Positions 62,832-64,000 of a stretch of 64,000 nucleotides of DNA are shown piece after piece. A model generated the notes under the pieces. It was not told where the DNA came from and did no database searches. It saw only the letters and a program-made list of their open reading frames with translations. Origin of the DNA: Podarcis liolepis (taxonomy: Eukaryota); assembly GCA_965112155.1 (NCBI GenBank), contig OZ218098.1. One strand, written 5' to 3'. How positions within the stretch are numbered: position 1 is the first letter of the stretch; every line of letters begins with the position of its first letter. Both the position numbers and the translations under genes were made by a program.

Positions 62832-63073
62832 CAGTGGTACCTCAGGTTAAGAACTTAATTCGTTCCGGAGGTCAGTTCTTAACCTGCAACTGATCTTAAC
62901 CTGAAGCACCACTTTAGCTAATGGGGCCTCCTGCTGCTGCTGCGCTGCCACCACACGATTTCTGTTCTCATCCTGAAGCAAAGTTTTTAACTCGAGGTAC
63001 TACTTCTGGGTTAGCGGAGTCTGTAACCTGAAGCGTCTGTAACCTGAAGCGTTTGTAACCCGAAGTACCACTG
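62832..63073. mobile_element. Tc1/mariner (Tigger-like) MITE
   Basis: TA|CAGTGGTACCTCAGGTT ... AACCCGAAGTACCACTG|TA; close to the 52494 copy. Confidence 0.9.
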
Positions 63074-64000
63074 TAATGGATTTCCCCCCCTTCTGAACAG
63101 GTGAAAGAATAATCCTTCCGGAACTACTGAACCAAGTGTGAAATTACTTACAAAGCAACTTATTGCACAGAGTTACCTATGCATTCACAATCCTCTGAAA
63201 TTCTTCTATTTATACTGCTTACAGATGTGACAAGGTGGAGTGGCTGATTTAGACTTAAGAGGTTTCCTGAATGTGTCCCTTTATGATTCCAATCAATTTC
63301 CTAGCCCCCACCTGCTTTTATTTGCATTTGACACGCTGTCTGTTTGACAAACAAATAATGTTCTGGACTCTCATCCTGTGACTTATTGTGTCCCACTGCA
63401 CAATGTAAACAAGTTCAGATCTGTTGCTTGGACAGGGTGAATTAAACAGAGTCTGTGTATACAGGGGAATCCTCTCTGTGAAGCCTAGAATCAGCCTAGT
63501 GTAAAGAAGACTTTTGCTGGCTTGCTCACCTGGAAGCTGTGCAAACCAACATGAAGAAGAGGAGGTGGTGGGCATCTAAGTAAGATGGTGCCACTTTATC
63601 CTGCAGGGAATACTAGGCAGTTAGGCAACTCTGAATGGGACTTCACATCTCCAATTGGTTTAAAGCCATAGCCTCTTCCTGCCCCATGTCTCCTCAAATA
63701 TTGGAGATCACCTGCTCTTAGTGACTGAATGGAGCCCATGGCTGCCTCTTTCCTGTACAAGAGGTCCCTCTGGAGAGGTGTGGCCAAAGTTGGAAACTGG
63801 CTTTCACATTAGGCGGTGGGGGAAGGAATAAATAAAATGAAAGGCAAGCTGTTCATTGCAAATGGACGAGAAACCTCTTGAACTTGCAGAGTGAATTTAA
63901 ATATCAAGGGTAGGTTAATGGAGGTTTGATCACTACCACTTGTAGCCGAGCACAGTAACCAGATCACTTGCTTTAGCATGCTAAGATCATTGCAGGGGCC

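Overview
Vertebrate genomic DNA from a squamate, probably a lacertid lizard (inferred from Sauria SINEs and squamate-type CR1, L2 and MITE families). The first 13.6 kb hold the last eight coding exons of tensin 1 (TNS1, + strand; end of the SH2 domain, then the PTB domain; stop at 13610-13612). A long, nearly TE-free probable 3' UTR follows to about 20.1 kb. The last TNS1 intron carries a young 5'-truncated CR1 LINE whose RT frame is still open. The rest is TE-rich: Sauria, Squam-like and tRNA-Lys SINEs, L2 fragments, Tigger-like and hAT MITEs, and a Neptune-type Penelope element with a GIY-YIG ORF and a minimal hammerhead ribozyme. The main new candidate is a small multi-exon minus-strand gene at about 37.5-41.4 kb, convergent with TNS1. 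It has phase-compatible splice sites, a strong Kozak ATG and a near-consensus RFX X-box upstream, and would encode an 84-98 aa protein I do not recognise. All calls were made by eye; no database searches were run.
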